Below are positions 1 through 10,939 of a stretch of 64,000 bases of DNA, piece after piece. Each line of letters begins with the position of its first letter. Position 1 is the stretch's first letter. Made by a program: the position numbers and the translations under genes. The stretch is from Acidobacteriota bacterium (GTDB lineage: Bacteria; Acidobacteriota; Vicinamibacteria; Vicinamibacterales; 2-12-FULL-66-21). Where the stretch lies: the NCBI GenBank assembly GCA_046733875.1, contig JBKPQB010000027.1, positions 23,601-87,600 of the forward strand. Reading direction: 5' to 3'. The notes below the pieces were generated by a model. It worked only from the letters and a program-made list of their open reading frames with translations. It made no database searches and was not told where the DNA came from.

Positions 1-1611
<1,611 letters not shown>

Positions 1612-2047
1612 AATGGAACAGTCCTGATTGGTCGCTGAGGTGTCTAATCCTTAACGGGGCACTCAGGGCCGGAGGCCGCAATGATGGCCCAACATCCTAT
1701 GGCCCGTCGCCTCGTTGCGTCGGCAGCATCTGCGACCGAACCTTGACGTAGCGGGTGGGGCTGCGCAGTTTCTGGAAACCCTGTCCCGTCCGGTCGCAGG
1801 CGGACGAGTGTTTGGGTCGGTCGATGTCGTCGATCTCTCCGGAACAGCTGCTACCAGGTCAGATGCGCGCCATTCCAGGCCACAGTTCGATTACGGCGAG
1901 CAGGCGGGCGTCTTGTGGCGGATGTGGCCTTCCCGATGTCGCGGTTCCTGATGGATGAAGTGGGACCCGGCGCGGTATCTTAAGCATTTGCGCCAACCAT
2001 CGGTTCCCCGCGCTCGTCTGATATCCGGGGCCGGTGTGCGTATCTCA

Positions 2048-3283
2048 ATGCTGAAACCGGTGTATCTGATTGCCGCTGTGGCTGTCGCCGGCGTGGCCGT
2101 TGCCGGCCTGTACGTGCACGCACGCGGTCCGGAACCGCGAACGGAGTCGCAGGCGCAGATCTACAAGGTCGCGCGCCGCGACTTCGTGCGCAGCCTACGC
2201 CTGAGCGGCACGGTCGAAGCCGTGGAGGCGACGACGATCTCGGCGCCGCGGCTGGCCGGGCAGAACAACAACAGCCTGATCGTGACGCGGCTCGTGCCGG
2301 CCGGCTCGAAGGTGCGCCCCGGGGATCTACTCGTCGAATTCGATCGCCAGGATCAGATCCGCAATGCCCTCGACAAGCAGGCGGAGCTCACCGATCTCGA
2401 GCAGCAGATTAGAAAGGCCCGCGCGCAGGAGGCCGCCGCGCGCGCGGCGGACGATAGCACGATGAAGCAGGCTGAGAGCGCGCTCGAACGCGCGAAGCTC
2501 GAGATGCTGAAGAACGAGATGCTGCCGAAGATCGAGGCCGAGAAGAACAAGCTCGCGCTCGAGGAAGCCGACGCGCACCTGAAGCAGTTGCGGGAGACGT
2601 ACGACTTGAAGCGCCGCGCGGCGGAGGCGAACATTCGCGTGCTCGAGATCCGGCGTGACCGCGCCGACACCGCCATGCGCCAGGCGACATCCAACGCCGA
2701 GCGGATGCTGATCAAGTCGCCGATCGAAGGCATCGCAGTGATCAAGATGACCTGGAAGGGCCAGAACATGGCGGAGGTCCAGGAAGGCGACGAAGTACGC
2801 TCAGGTCTGCCGGTCGTCGATGTCGTCAATCCGACCATGATGCGCGTCCGCGCGCGCGTCAACCAGGCGGACATCGGCGAGCTGCGGGTCGACCAGAGTG
2901 TGCACGTCGGCCTCGATGCCTATCCGGATCTCTCCTTCCGCGGCCGCGTCGCGCAGATCTCGCCGATCGGTGTCCAGTCAACGCTTTCGCCGAAGGTCCG
3001 GAACTTCGTTGTGATCGTCGAACTGAACGGATCGCATCCGAACCTGATGCCCGACCTCACGGCCTCACTGGACGTCGAGCTTCGGCGTGCACCGGGCGCG
3101 CTGGTGATCCCGCGCGATTCGCTTGGATACGACGGCGAACAGCCGTTCGTGCGCGTGCAGCGCGGCGGACGGTACGAGCGTCAGGACGTCTCGATCGGCG
3201 ACGCGAGCGCGCACGAGGTGGTCGTCGCCAACGGTCTGGGCGAAGGGTCGCTCATCGCGCGCAATATCGGGCAGGCCCAGTGA
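2048..3283 (+). CDS. HlyD/MacA-type periplasmic adaptor (membrane fusion protein), paralog 1
   Basis: ORF 1955-3283. Start placed at ATG 2048, just before the single N-terminal TM helix (VYLIAAVAVAGVAVAGLYV). Long coiled-coil (EQQIRKARAQEAAARAADD...) and C-terminal barrel region. Stop overlaps the next gene's start. Confidence 0.8.
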   Translation: MLKPVYLIAAVAVAGVAVAGLYVHARGPEPRTESQAQIYKVARRDFVRSLRLSGTVEAVEATTISAPRLAGQNNNSLIVTRLVPAGSKVRPGDLLVEFDRQDQIRNALDKQAELTDLEQQIRKARAQEAAARAADDSTMKQAESALERAKLEMLKNEMLPKIEAEKNKLALEEADAHLKQLRETYDLKRRAAEANIRVLEIRRDRADTAMRQATSNAERMLIKSPIEGIAVIKMTWKGQNMAEVQEGDEVRSGLPVVDVVNPTMMRVRARVNQADIGELRVDQSVHVGLDAYPDLSFRGRVAQISPIGVQSTLSPKVRNFVVIVELNGSHPNLMPDLTASLDVELRRAPGALVIPRDSLGYDGEQPFVRVQRGGRYERQDVSIGDASAHEVVVANGLGEGSLIARNIGQAQ

Positions 3284-4548
3284 TGAAGCGTGCACGTCTG
3301 CGCGGATGGCGGCTGCCCGCGGCCATCGCCGCTGCCGTCGCGATCGTGGCCGGTGGCTTCGCCATTGCGAGCCGCGCGGCTGTTGCCCCTGACCTCCCGA
3401 CGGCCGACGTCGCGCGCGGCGACTTCGTCGACTACGTCCAGCTCCGCGGCGACATCCGTCCCGCCCGATCGATCGTTCTCTCCGCTCCAACGCAGGCTGG
3501 CGAGCTCCAGATCCTCAAGCTCGCCAAGAACGGCTCCGCGGTGAAGGAGGGCGACGTGCTCGTCGAGTTCGATGCCACGAGCCTGCGGCAGCGGTATCAG
3601 GAGAAACAGTCGGAGCTGAAGCAGTCGGACGCCGAGATCGCACAAGCGAAGGCGCAGCAGCACATCACGGAAGAGCAGGATCAGACCGCCGTGATGAAAG
3701 CGCGGTACGACCTCGATCGCGCGAAGCTGGATCTCGGCAAGCGCGACATCGTCTCCAAGCTTGAATACGAGCAGGCCAAGCTCGCCGTCGCCGACGCGGA
3801 GCAGAAGCTGCACGAGGCGGAGGAGAAAGCCAAATCGAACAAGACGGCCGCCGACGCGGAGCTCGTCGGCAAGCAGCGGAAGCGCGAGAAGGCGCAGCTC
3901 GATGTTGATCGGGCCAAGGCGGGCCTCGAGGCGCTGATCATCAAGGCGCCGACGGGCGGCGTTGTGAACATCCTGCCGAATTACCGGACGGGCGGCATGT
4001 TCGGCGGCCAGGTCGAGTTCCGTGAAGGCGATCGCGCCTGGCCTGGCGCAAACGTCGTCGAACTGCCGGACCTGTCGTCGATTCACCTGGAGGCCAGGCT
4101 CGACGAGTCGGACCGCGGCCGCCTGCGCGTCGGGCAGAACGCAACAGTGAAGATCGAAGCCGTGCCGGGCAAGGATTTCGCCGCAAGCGTCGATCTGATT
4201 TCGGTGCTCGCGAAGGTCGACTTCAGCTCCGGGTGGCCCCCGGTCCGGAACTTCGATCTTGGCCTCGTGCTGAAGAATCCGGATCCACGCATTCGCCCCG
4301 GCATGACGGCAACTGCCCGCATCGCAACCGACACGGTGCCCGACGTCCTGCTGGCGCCCTCCGAAGCGGTGTTCCAGCGCGACGGCCACCCTGTCGTTTA
4401 CAAGCTGCGCGGATCGATGTTCGACGAGACGCGCATCGATGTCGCACGCCGCGGGCGCGAGCAGATTGCAATTGCTTCAGGCGTGTCCCCCGGAGACAAG
4501 CTGGCGACGCGGCGCCCTGACGCTGATCTCGTTCGGAGGCAGCCGTGA
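3283..4548 (+). CDS. HlyD/MacA-type periplasmic adaptor, paralog 2
   Basis: ORF 3280-4548 (GTG 3280 or ATG 3283, overlapping TGA 3281-3283). N-terminal TM helix, coiled-coil, and alignable with paralogs 1 and 3 (e.g. GDVLVEFD vs GDLLVEFD vs DEVVFEID). Confidence 0.8.
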   Translation: MKRARLRGWRLPAAIAAAVAIVAGGFAIASRAAVAPDLPTADVARGDFVDYVQLRGDIRPARSIVLSAPTQAGELQILKLAKNGSAVKEGDVLVEFDATSLRQRYQEKQSELKQSDAEIAQAKAQQHITEEQDQTAVMKARYDLDRAKLDLGKRDIVSKLEYEQAKLAVADAEQKLHEAEEKAKSNKTAADAELVGKQRKREKAQLDVDRAKAGLEALIIKAPTGGVVNILPNYRTGGMFGGQVEFREGDRAWPGANVVELPDLSSIHLEARLDESDRGRLRVGQNATVKIEAVPGKDFAASVDLISVLAKVDFSSGWPPVRNFDLGLVLKNPDPRIRPGMTATARIATDTVPDVLLAPSEAVFQRDGHPVVYKLRGSMFDETRIDVARRGREQIAIASGVSPGDKLATRRPDADLVRRQP

Positions 4549-5894
4549 AAGGCCGCCGACGACGCGGACCGACGCTGGGAGGCTCATCGCGAAGGCTCTG
4601 GCTCTGGCTCGCGATTGCCGCGGTCGTCGCTGTCGTTGGAACGTCGCTCGCCATGGCCGTTCCGAGCCTGCCGGAGCGGCATGACGAAGTGCCGACGACC
4701 CGCGTCGTGCGCGGACCGCTGAAGCTCACGGTGTATGCGACCGGTGAATTGCTCGCCGGCCGCACCGCCACGCTTGTGGCGCCTCCCGCTGGCGGCACCC
4801 TCCGCATCGTCAAGCTGCTCTCCACGGGAATGCCCGTCAAGAAGGATGAAGTGGTCTTCGAGATCGATCCTGCAGATCAACAGTTCGCGCTGGAGCAGGC
4901 AAAATCCGAGCTGGCGGAAGCCGAGCAGCAGATCGTGAAGATAAAGGCCGATGCCGCGGTGCAGGCGGCAGAGGATCAGGTCGCGCTCCTCACCGCGCAC
5001 TACGACGTGCGGCGCGGCGAGCTGAGTACGGCCGCGAACGATCTGATCGGCGCGATCGAGGCGCAGAAGAACAGCCTGACCCTGGAAGAGGCGCAGCGCC
5101 GGCTCGCGCAGCTCGAACAGGACGTGCAATCGCGGACGGCGACGAATCAGGCGGCCCTCGACGTTGTCCTCGAACAGCGCAACAAGGCGCAGCTCGCGAT
5201 GCAGCGCGCGCAGACGATCATCGACGGCCTCGTCGTGAAGGCACCGTTCGACGGCATCCTCTCGGTCAAGGAAAACCGCGACGCGGCGGGCAATTTCTTT
5301 TTCTACGGCATGGTCCTGCCGGAGTTTCGTCAGGGCGACACGACATTCGCCGGACGGCCCATCGCGGATGTGATCGAGGCCGGCCGGATGGAGGTCCGCG
5401 CGAAGATCAACGAGACCGACCGCGACAACCTGCAGAGCGGCCAGTCGGCGGTCGTGCGCTCCGACGCGCTGCCTGGCGAGACGTTTGTCGCGAAGGTGGG
5501 CGCGCTCAGCGGGCTCGCCTCGCGCGGCAATTTCTTCGAGACGTCCGCGGTGCGGCAGTTCGACGTCAGGTTCACGTTCGACAAGGGCGATCCCCGCCTG
5601 CGCGCCGGCTCGTCGGTGCAGCTCGTCATCGACGGCCGCGAGATCCCGAACGCGCTGCAGGTGCCGAGGCAATCCGTTTTCGAGAAGGCCGGCAAGACGT
5701 TCGTTTACGTGCGCGCTGGCGATCGCTTCGAGCGCCGGGACGTGAAGGTCACCAACGCGACCGAGAGCCGCGCGATCGTGAACGGCGTCAACGAAGGAGA
5801 CGTCATCGCGCTCATCGACCCGGAAGTTGCGGCGCGTCGATCCCGCACCTCCTCGAACGCGCCCCTGCCCGCAGCGTCAGGACCAGCGCGATGA
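4545..5894 (+). CDS. HlyD/MacA-type periplasmic adaptor, paralog 3
   Basis: GTG start in a GTGA overlap with the upstream stop. TM helix (LWLWLAIAAVVAVVG), coiled-coil and barrel domains. Confidence 0.8.
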   Translation: MKGRRRRGPTLGGSSRRLWLWLAIAAVVAVVGTSLAMAVPSLPERHDEVPTTRVVRGPLKLTVYATGELLAGRTATLVAPPAGGTLRIVKLLSTGMPVKKDEVVFEIDPADQQFALEQAKSELAEAEQQIVKIKADAAVQAAEDQVALLTAHYDVRRGELSTAANDLIGAIEAQKNSLTLEEAQRRLAQLEQDVQSRTATNQAALDVVLEQRNKAQLAMQRAQTIIDGLVVKAPFDGILSVKENRDAAGNFFFYGMVLPEFRQGDTTFAGRPIADVIEAGRMEVRAKINETDRDNLQSGQSAVVRSDALPGETFVAKVGALSGLASRGNFFETSAVRQFDVRFTFDKGDPRLRAGSSVQLVIDGREIPNALQVPRQSVFEKAGKTFVYVRAGDRFERRDVKVTNATESRAIVNGVNEGDVIALIDPEVAARRSRTSSNAPLPAASGPAR

Positions 5895-7165
5895 ACGCAC
5901 GCACGCACCTCTGGTCCACGGACTTCCTGCCCGAGCTCATGCTCGGCCTCGAGAACCTGCGCGCACACAAGCTGCGTTCGATGCTGACGATGCTCGGCAT
6001 GATCTTCGGCGTGGCGGCCGTCGTCGCGATGCTGTCGATCGGCGCGGGGGCGCAGCAGGAGGTCATGGCGTTCATCGAGCAGCTCGGCGTCCGTAACTTG
6101 ATCGTCGAAGCGCGGGAGGCGCCGGACAATCAGGCGCTTCAGAAGGTGCGCCAGCTCTCGGCGGGCCTGTCGTTCAAGGACCTGCGCGTCATCCAGTCGA
6201 ATCTCGAGAACATCAGCGCTGTCACGGCGCGCAAGCGGTTCACGCCCACGAAGCTGCTGCCGCGTCCGATAGGCGGCGACATGCCCGTCGTGTACGGCGT
6301 CAGTCCCGTGTACGCGGCGATCGCGAACCTGCGCGTCGCCTCCGGGCGCTTTTTCGACGAGGCGGAGACGGCGGCGGCCGCACCCGTGGCCGTGGTGGGC
6401 GAGGCGGCCGCAGCAACCGTCTTTGGCGCCGACGATCCGATCGGACGCTACATCAAGGTGAACGAGCAGTGGTTTCAGGTGATCGGCGTGGCGGGCCCGC
6501 AGCTCACGGTGCAGTCGGACGTCGCCGGTCTGCCCGCGCAGGATCGCAACAACCTGATTTATGTCCCTCTGTACTCGTCGGTGTTCAGGCTGGAGGACGG
6601 CCAGAGCGCCCGGAAGGACGAAATCGACGGCATCTACCTGCAGATGAAGCAGGGCTCGGATATTCCGGGCGCCGCCGCCCTCCTTCGCGGGATCCTCGAC
6701 GTCGCGCACCGCAGCGCAGGCGACTTCACGATCGTCTCACCCGCGGAGCTGCTTGCGGAACAGCGCCGAACGCAGCGCATCTTCGAGATGGTCATGGTCG
6801 CGATCGCCTCGATCTCGCTGCTCGTCGGCGGGATAGGGATCATGAACATCATGCTCGCGAGCGTGCTCGAGCGGACGCGCGAGATCGGCGTCCGCCGCGC
6901 AATCGGCGCGCGCCAGAAGGACGTCGTCCGCCAGTTCCTGATCGAGACGACGATCATCTCGCTCTCGGGCGGCGTCGCAGGGATCCTGCTCGGCGTGGGG
7001 CTGTCGCAGTTGATTGGCGTCCTCGCCGGCTGGTCGACGATCGTGACCACGACATCGATCGTGCTCGCGTTCGGCGTCTCCGTGATGATCGGGATTGTCT
7101 TCGGCCTCTATCCTGCCGTGCGCGCGTCGCGACTGGATCCCGTGAAGGCGCTGCATTACGAGTAG
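5891..7165 (+). CDS. MacB/FtsX-type ABC transporter permease (periplasmic core domain plus 4 TM), no ATPase domain
   Basis: ATGA overlap with the upstream gene. N-terminal motif LRAHKLRSMLTMLGMIFGVAAVVAM, a large periplasmic domain, and the C-terminal FtsX signature (ERTREIGVRRAIGARQKDVVRQFL). Confidence 0.85.
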   Translation: MNARTHLWSTDFLPELMLGLENLRAHKLRSMLTMLGMIFGVAAVVAMLSIGAGAQQEVMAFIEQLGVRNLIVEAREAPDNQALQKVRQLSAGLSFKDLRVIQSNLENISAVTARKRFTPTKLLPRPIGGDMPVVYGVSPVYAAIANLRVASGRFFDEAETAAAAPVAVVGEAAAATVFGADDPIGRYIKVNEQWFQVIGVAGPQLTVQSDVAGLPAQDRNNLIYVPLYSSVFRLEDGQSARKDEIDGIYLQMKQGSDIPGAAALLRGILDVAHRSAGDFTIVSPAELLAEQRRTQRIFEMVMVAIASISLLVGGIGIMNIMLASVLERTREIGVRRAIGARQKDVVRQFLIETTIISLSGGVAGILLGVGLSQLIGVLAGWSTIVTTTSIVLAFGVSVMIGIVFGLYPAVRASRLDPVKALHYE

Positions 7166-7230
7166 CGACGGTCGATGGAGGACGGCCCTTTCAGGGCCCC
7201 GCCACGCGGACCTAAAGGCCCGCGCCACGA

Positions 7231-7773
7231 TCATCGATGCCGCGTCCGCCGCGCGTATTCGCGTGCGGACGATGGATCGCTGACGATCTCGGGGTTGCCC
7301 CAGACCACCGTCGTGGGTGCACCGCCCACGGCGTCGGCGCTCAGGACGAGCCGCCACGAGCGGCGTTCGGGCCGATAGAATAAGCTCCACTTCCATCCCG
7401 CGTAGGCGGACAGGTCGGCTTCGATCGGCGTCCAGTCGCCGCCCGCGATCGACTGTACGGACGAGAGCCCCTCGTAAATCCGATCGTCGCTGACGCCGAC
7501 GCGAAATCGAGCAGGCGCGCGTCCGTCCACCGACGCGATCGCCCGGAAAACGGCGCGGCGAGGAATCGGAAGTGTCCAGATGAGGCGCCCCGGCGCCGGG
7601 CCGGCAATCGCCCGGACTCCGTTGCGATCGCTCAGCGTGAAAGCGTCCGGCGGACGCTTCTCCGCGCGGTTCAATTCCCCGATGAGATCGACGATGCGGA
7701 TCGGCGGCGTAGACGAATGTGTGCGGCACGCCGAAGCGAGCAGCAAGAGGATGCAGAGGATTTGCCGCGGCAT
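7231..7773 (-). CDS. Hypothetical secreted protein or lipoprotein
   Basis: Signal-peptide-like N-terminus ending LLLLASAC. No recognisable domain. Confidence 0.45.
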   Translation of the reverse strand: MPRQILCILLLLASACRTHSSTPPIRIVDLIGELNRAEKRPPDAFTLSDRNGVRAIAGPAPGRLIWTLPIPRRAVFRAIASVDGRAPARFRVGVSDDRIYEGLSSVQSIAGGDWTPIEADLSAYAGWKWSLFYRPERRSWRLVLSADAVGGAPTTVVWGNPEIVSDPSSAREYARRTRHR

Positions 7774-8878
7774 CGCGGTGGTGACGGTGGGAATTTTCCT
7801 GGCGAGCGTCGCGAAATTCTACCATCGCGACACCGGCTTCACGTCGCTGATTGCATTCCCGGAGGGCAATGCGGACGAGGCGCCGGCGCTTCGGACGATT
7901 CCGCACGACGTCGTTCCCCTGTCGGGGAGCTACGACGGGCAGTTCTATGCACAGCGCGCGCTCGACCCGCTGGTGCGCGACCCGGCCGTCGATCGCGCGA
8001 TGGACCTCGCCCCGTTTCGTGCGCGGCGGATTCTTTTCAGCTGGACGGCGTGGCTGCTGGGACTCGGCCGGCCGTCGTGGATTCTCGAAGCGTACGCACT
8101 GCAGAATGTCGTGAGCTGGATCGTGCTCGCGATCCTGCTCACGCGATGGCTCCCTGTCCGGTCGCCTCGCACGCTCGTGCTGTGGGCCGCGTCCCTGTAC
8201 TCGCACGGCCTCCTCTGGTCCGTCCGGTTCGCGCTGCTCGATGGTCCGAGCCTCGTGCTGACGCTCGTCGTGGTGCGCTTCGCCGAGCAGGAGCGGCAGC
8301 TACTCTCGGCTGTGGTTGCGGGGGTGAACGGCCTGGGACGTGAGACGAACGTTCTCGGCGTGCTGGCCCAGCCCGTGCCGCAGTCCTCGCGTGACTGGCT
8401 CCGCGCAGCCACGGCCGTGCTGCTCACGCTGTTGCCGCTGCTGATCTGGGAGGACTACCTTCGATCGATCTATCGTTCGACCATCTTTGCCGGTGGTGAC
8501 GCGTTCGCCGTTCCCGGTGCCGCGTTAATCGAGACGCTGCGCCGGACCGTCATGGCGGTTCGAACGGCGGGCGTGTTCACGACAGCAGGCCTGCACCTCT
8601 GCATCGTCATTTCGCTGTCCGTGGAGGTGGCGTACCTGCTGTGGCGGGCCGAAGTGCGGAACCCGTGGTGGCGCATCGCACTCGGCTACATCGTCCTCAT
8701 GCTGATGATCGACCGCGTGCTGTGGGATCCCGCAACGGGCGCGATCACGCGCGTCATGCTGCCGCTGACCGTCGCGTTCAACGTGCTCCTCGCGCGCGAG
8801 CCGCGCACGTCGCGGTTTCTGCCATGGTTGGTCGCGGGTAACCTCCACGTCATCGCATCGGCCTGGGTGCTCTGGTGA
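7751..8878 (+). CDS. Polytopic membrane protein of unknown function
   Basis: ORF 7580-8878. Start placed at ATG 7751 (MQRICRGIAVVTVGIFLASV). Many hydrophobic helices and a YDGQFYAQRALDP loop motif. Confidence 0.55.
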   Translation: MQRICRGIAVVTVGIFLASVAKFYHRDTGFTSLIAFPEGNADEAPALRTIPHDVVPLSGSYDGQFYAQRALDPLVRDPAVDRAMDLAPFRARRILFSWTAWLLGLGRPSWILEAYALQNVVSWIVLAILLTRWLPVRSPRTLVLWAASLYSHGLLWSVRFALLDGPSLVLTLVVVRFAEQERQLLSAVVAGVNGLGRETNVLGVLAQPVPQSSRDWLRAATAVLLTLLPLLIWEDYLRSIYRSTIFAGGDAFAVPGAALIETLRRTVMAVRTAGVFTTAGLHLCIVISLSVEVAYLLWRAEVRNPWWRIALGYIVLMLMIDRVLWDPATGAITRVMLPLTVAFNVLLAREPRTSRFLPWLVAGNLHVIASAWVLW

Positions 8879-8884
8879 GCTCGA

Positions 8885-8955
8885 CGAATCGGGAACAACG
8901 AACCGCGAACGCTGAACCCGAACCCGACGCGAACGCCGAATCCCGCGACCCCGCC
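8885..8955. repeat. Degenerate 6-7-nt word array, C-rich on the plus strand (GAACCCG, GAACGCC, GAATCCC)
   Basis: GACGAATCGGGAACAACGAACCGCGAACGCTGAACCCGAACCCGACGCGAACGCCGAATCCCGCGACCCC, starting 7 nt after the stop at 8876-8878. Confidence 0.7.
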
Positions 8956-8997
8956 CTGCGGTAGCATGTGCCCGTCACTAAGAAGGAGCCGTCCTCG

Positions 8998-9816
8998 ATG
9001 ATGATTCGCGTCTTCCTCGTCACTGTCCTTGCCGTTGCCGGAACCGCTGCATTGAGCTCCAGAGGCCAGGCCCCCACCGCCCAGCAGGCGCAGCCGCCCG
9101 CGGCTGCCCCCGTGGAGTCCTGTCCGGAGCTGGCGACCGCGCTGCAGGCCCTGATGCGCAACGACATGCGGATGCGCGACTGGCCCCAGCTCGCGCGCTA
9201 TCGTGACGCCAACCGGACGCTGACGGCGCCTGCGGCGGGCGACAAGCGCGTGGTCTTCATGGGCGATTCGATCACCGATCTCTGGCAGCAGCAGGAACGC
9301 TTCGGCGATTTCTTCGCCAACCCCTCGTACGTCGACCGCGGCATCAGCGGCCAGACGACGCCGCAGATGCTGATCCGGTTCAAGCCGGACGTGATCGATC
9401 TGAAGCCGAAAGTGGTCGTCATCCTCGCGGGCACGAATGACATCGCGGGCAACACCGGGCCGATGACGAACGAGGAGATCGAGAACAACCTTGCGTCGAT
9501 GACGGATCTCGCCAAGGCGCACGACATCCGCGTGGTGCTCGCGAGCGTGACGCCGGTGAGCAACTACCACGTTGGCCCCACGGGCGTGCCGCAGACCACG
9601 TCGAGGCCGATGGCGAGGATCCACGCGCTCAACGAATGGATCAAGTCGTACGCAGCCGAGCACGACTACCTCTACCTGGATTATTTCTCGGCGATGACGG
9701 ACGACAGCGGGTTGCTGCGCGCGGAGCTGAGCGCCGACGATCTGCACCCGAACGCGAAGGGTTACGCCATCATGGGGCCGCTCGCGCAGGCGGCAGTCGC
9801 GAAGGCGTTGAAATAA
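8998..9816 (+). CDS. SGNH/GDSL-family hydrolase, secreted
   Basis: AAGGAG lies 9 nt upstream of ATG 8998. Signal peptide present. Block I GDSITD, block III GTND, block V DDLHPN. Confidence 0.8.
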   Translation: MMIRVFLVTVLAVAGTAALSSRGQAPTAQQAQPPAAAPVESCPELATALQALMRNDMRMRDWPQLARYRDANRTLTAPAAGDKRVVFMGDSITDLWQQQERFGDFFANPSYVDRGISGQTTPQMLIRFKPDVIDLKPKVVVILAGTNDIAGNTGPMTNEEIENNLASMTDLAKAHDIRVVLASVTPVSNYHVGPTGVPQTTSRPMARIHALNEWIKSYAAEHDYLYLDYFSAMTDDSGLLRAELSADDLHPNAKGYAIMGPLAQAAVAKALK

Positions 9817-9820
9817 ATCG

Positions 9821-10939
9821 ATGAAAACAGCTCTTGTACTCTTCGTCGCGCTCAGCGCGCTGCCGCAGACGGGACGCCGTGCCCCGCAGGCGCCGTTCAA
9901 GACGCCGTTGACCATCGCGGAGATGAACGGCAAACAAGCGCTCATCGAGACGGCGGCCGGCATCGTCGTCATCGATCTGCGCCCGGACCTCGCGCCGAAC
10001 CACGTCGGCTACTTCATGAAGCTCGCGGCGGAGCACGCGTACGACGGCACGGTGTTTCACCGCATCATCCGCGGCGGGATCGTCCAGGGGGGCGACCCGC
10101 TGTCCAAGGATCCTGCCAGGAAGGCGCAATACGGGACCGGCGGCCTGGGCGTGCTGCAGGCGGAGCACAGCGGCGAGCCCTTCACGCGCGGGACCGTGGC
10201 CGCAGTGATTCGGCCCGGCCAGCCGGACAGCGCGGGCGCGCAGTTCTTCATCTGCGTCTCCGATCAGCCAGCGCTGAATGGGCAGTACACGATCTTCGGA
10301 CGCGTGAGCGAAGGCCTCGACATCCTGCAGAAAATCTCCGAAGCTCCTGCGGACGCGAAGGGTGCGCCGGTCGATCGCGTCGAGATCAAATCGCTCACGG
10401 TCCGCGACGCGCCGCCGCCAGAGCCGCTCGCCTTCTCGACGGAATCCCTGGAGCAGCTGGCGAGCTACCAGGCGGTGCTCGAGACGTCGGCCGGCAACGT
10501 GACGATCGCGTTCATGCCCGACAAGGCGCCCGAGCACGTGCGCAACTTCCTTCGCCTCGCGCAAGCGGGCGTGCTCGACGGGACGGCGTTCCATCGCGTC
10601 GTCCATGGGTTCGTCGTGCAGGCCGGATATGTTGCCACGCGCGGACCGCTGACCGAGACGCAGCAGAAGCTCGTGCACCCGCTCGCGCCGGAATTCAATG
10701 ACACGAAGCACGTGAAGGGTATCGTCTCGATGGCGCACGGCAGCGATCCAGGCAGCGCGACAACGTCGTTTTTCATCGTCACTGGCGATGCGCCGTCACT
10801 CGACGGCAAGTACACGGCGTTCGGCCGTGTGGTGGACGGTATGGATGTGGTGGAAAAGATTGATGCCACGCCCGTCACCGGGGAAACGCCTGTCAGTCGA
10901 ATAGATCTTGTGCGGGTTCGGGTGCAGGCGAGCAGATGA
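9821..10939 (+). CDS. Peptidyl-prolyl cis-trans isomerase, two tandem cyclophilin domains, secreted
   Basis: Signal peptide. Two cyclophilin signatures (FHRIIRGGIVQGGDP and FHRVVHGFVVQAG; FGRVSEG and FGRVVDG). Confidence 0.9.
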   Translation: MKTALVLFVALSALPQTGRRAPQAPFKTPLTIAEMNGKQALIETAAGIVVIDLRPDLAPNHVGYFMKLAAEHAYDGTVFHRIIRGGIVQGGDPLSKDPARKAQYGTGGLGVLQAEHSGEPFTRGTVAAVIRPGQPDSAGAQFFICVSDQPALNGQYTIFGRVSEGLDILQKISEAPADAKGAPVDRVEIKSLTVRDAPPPEPLAFSTESLEQLASYQAVLETSAGNVTIAFMPDKAPEHVRNFLRLAQAGVLDGTAFHRVVHGFVVQAGYVATRGPLTETQQKLVHPLAPEFNDTKHVKGIVSMAHGSDPGSATTSFFIVTGDAPSLDGKYTAFGRVVDGMDVVEKIDATPVTGETPVSRIDLVRVRVQASR

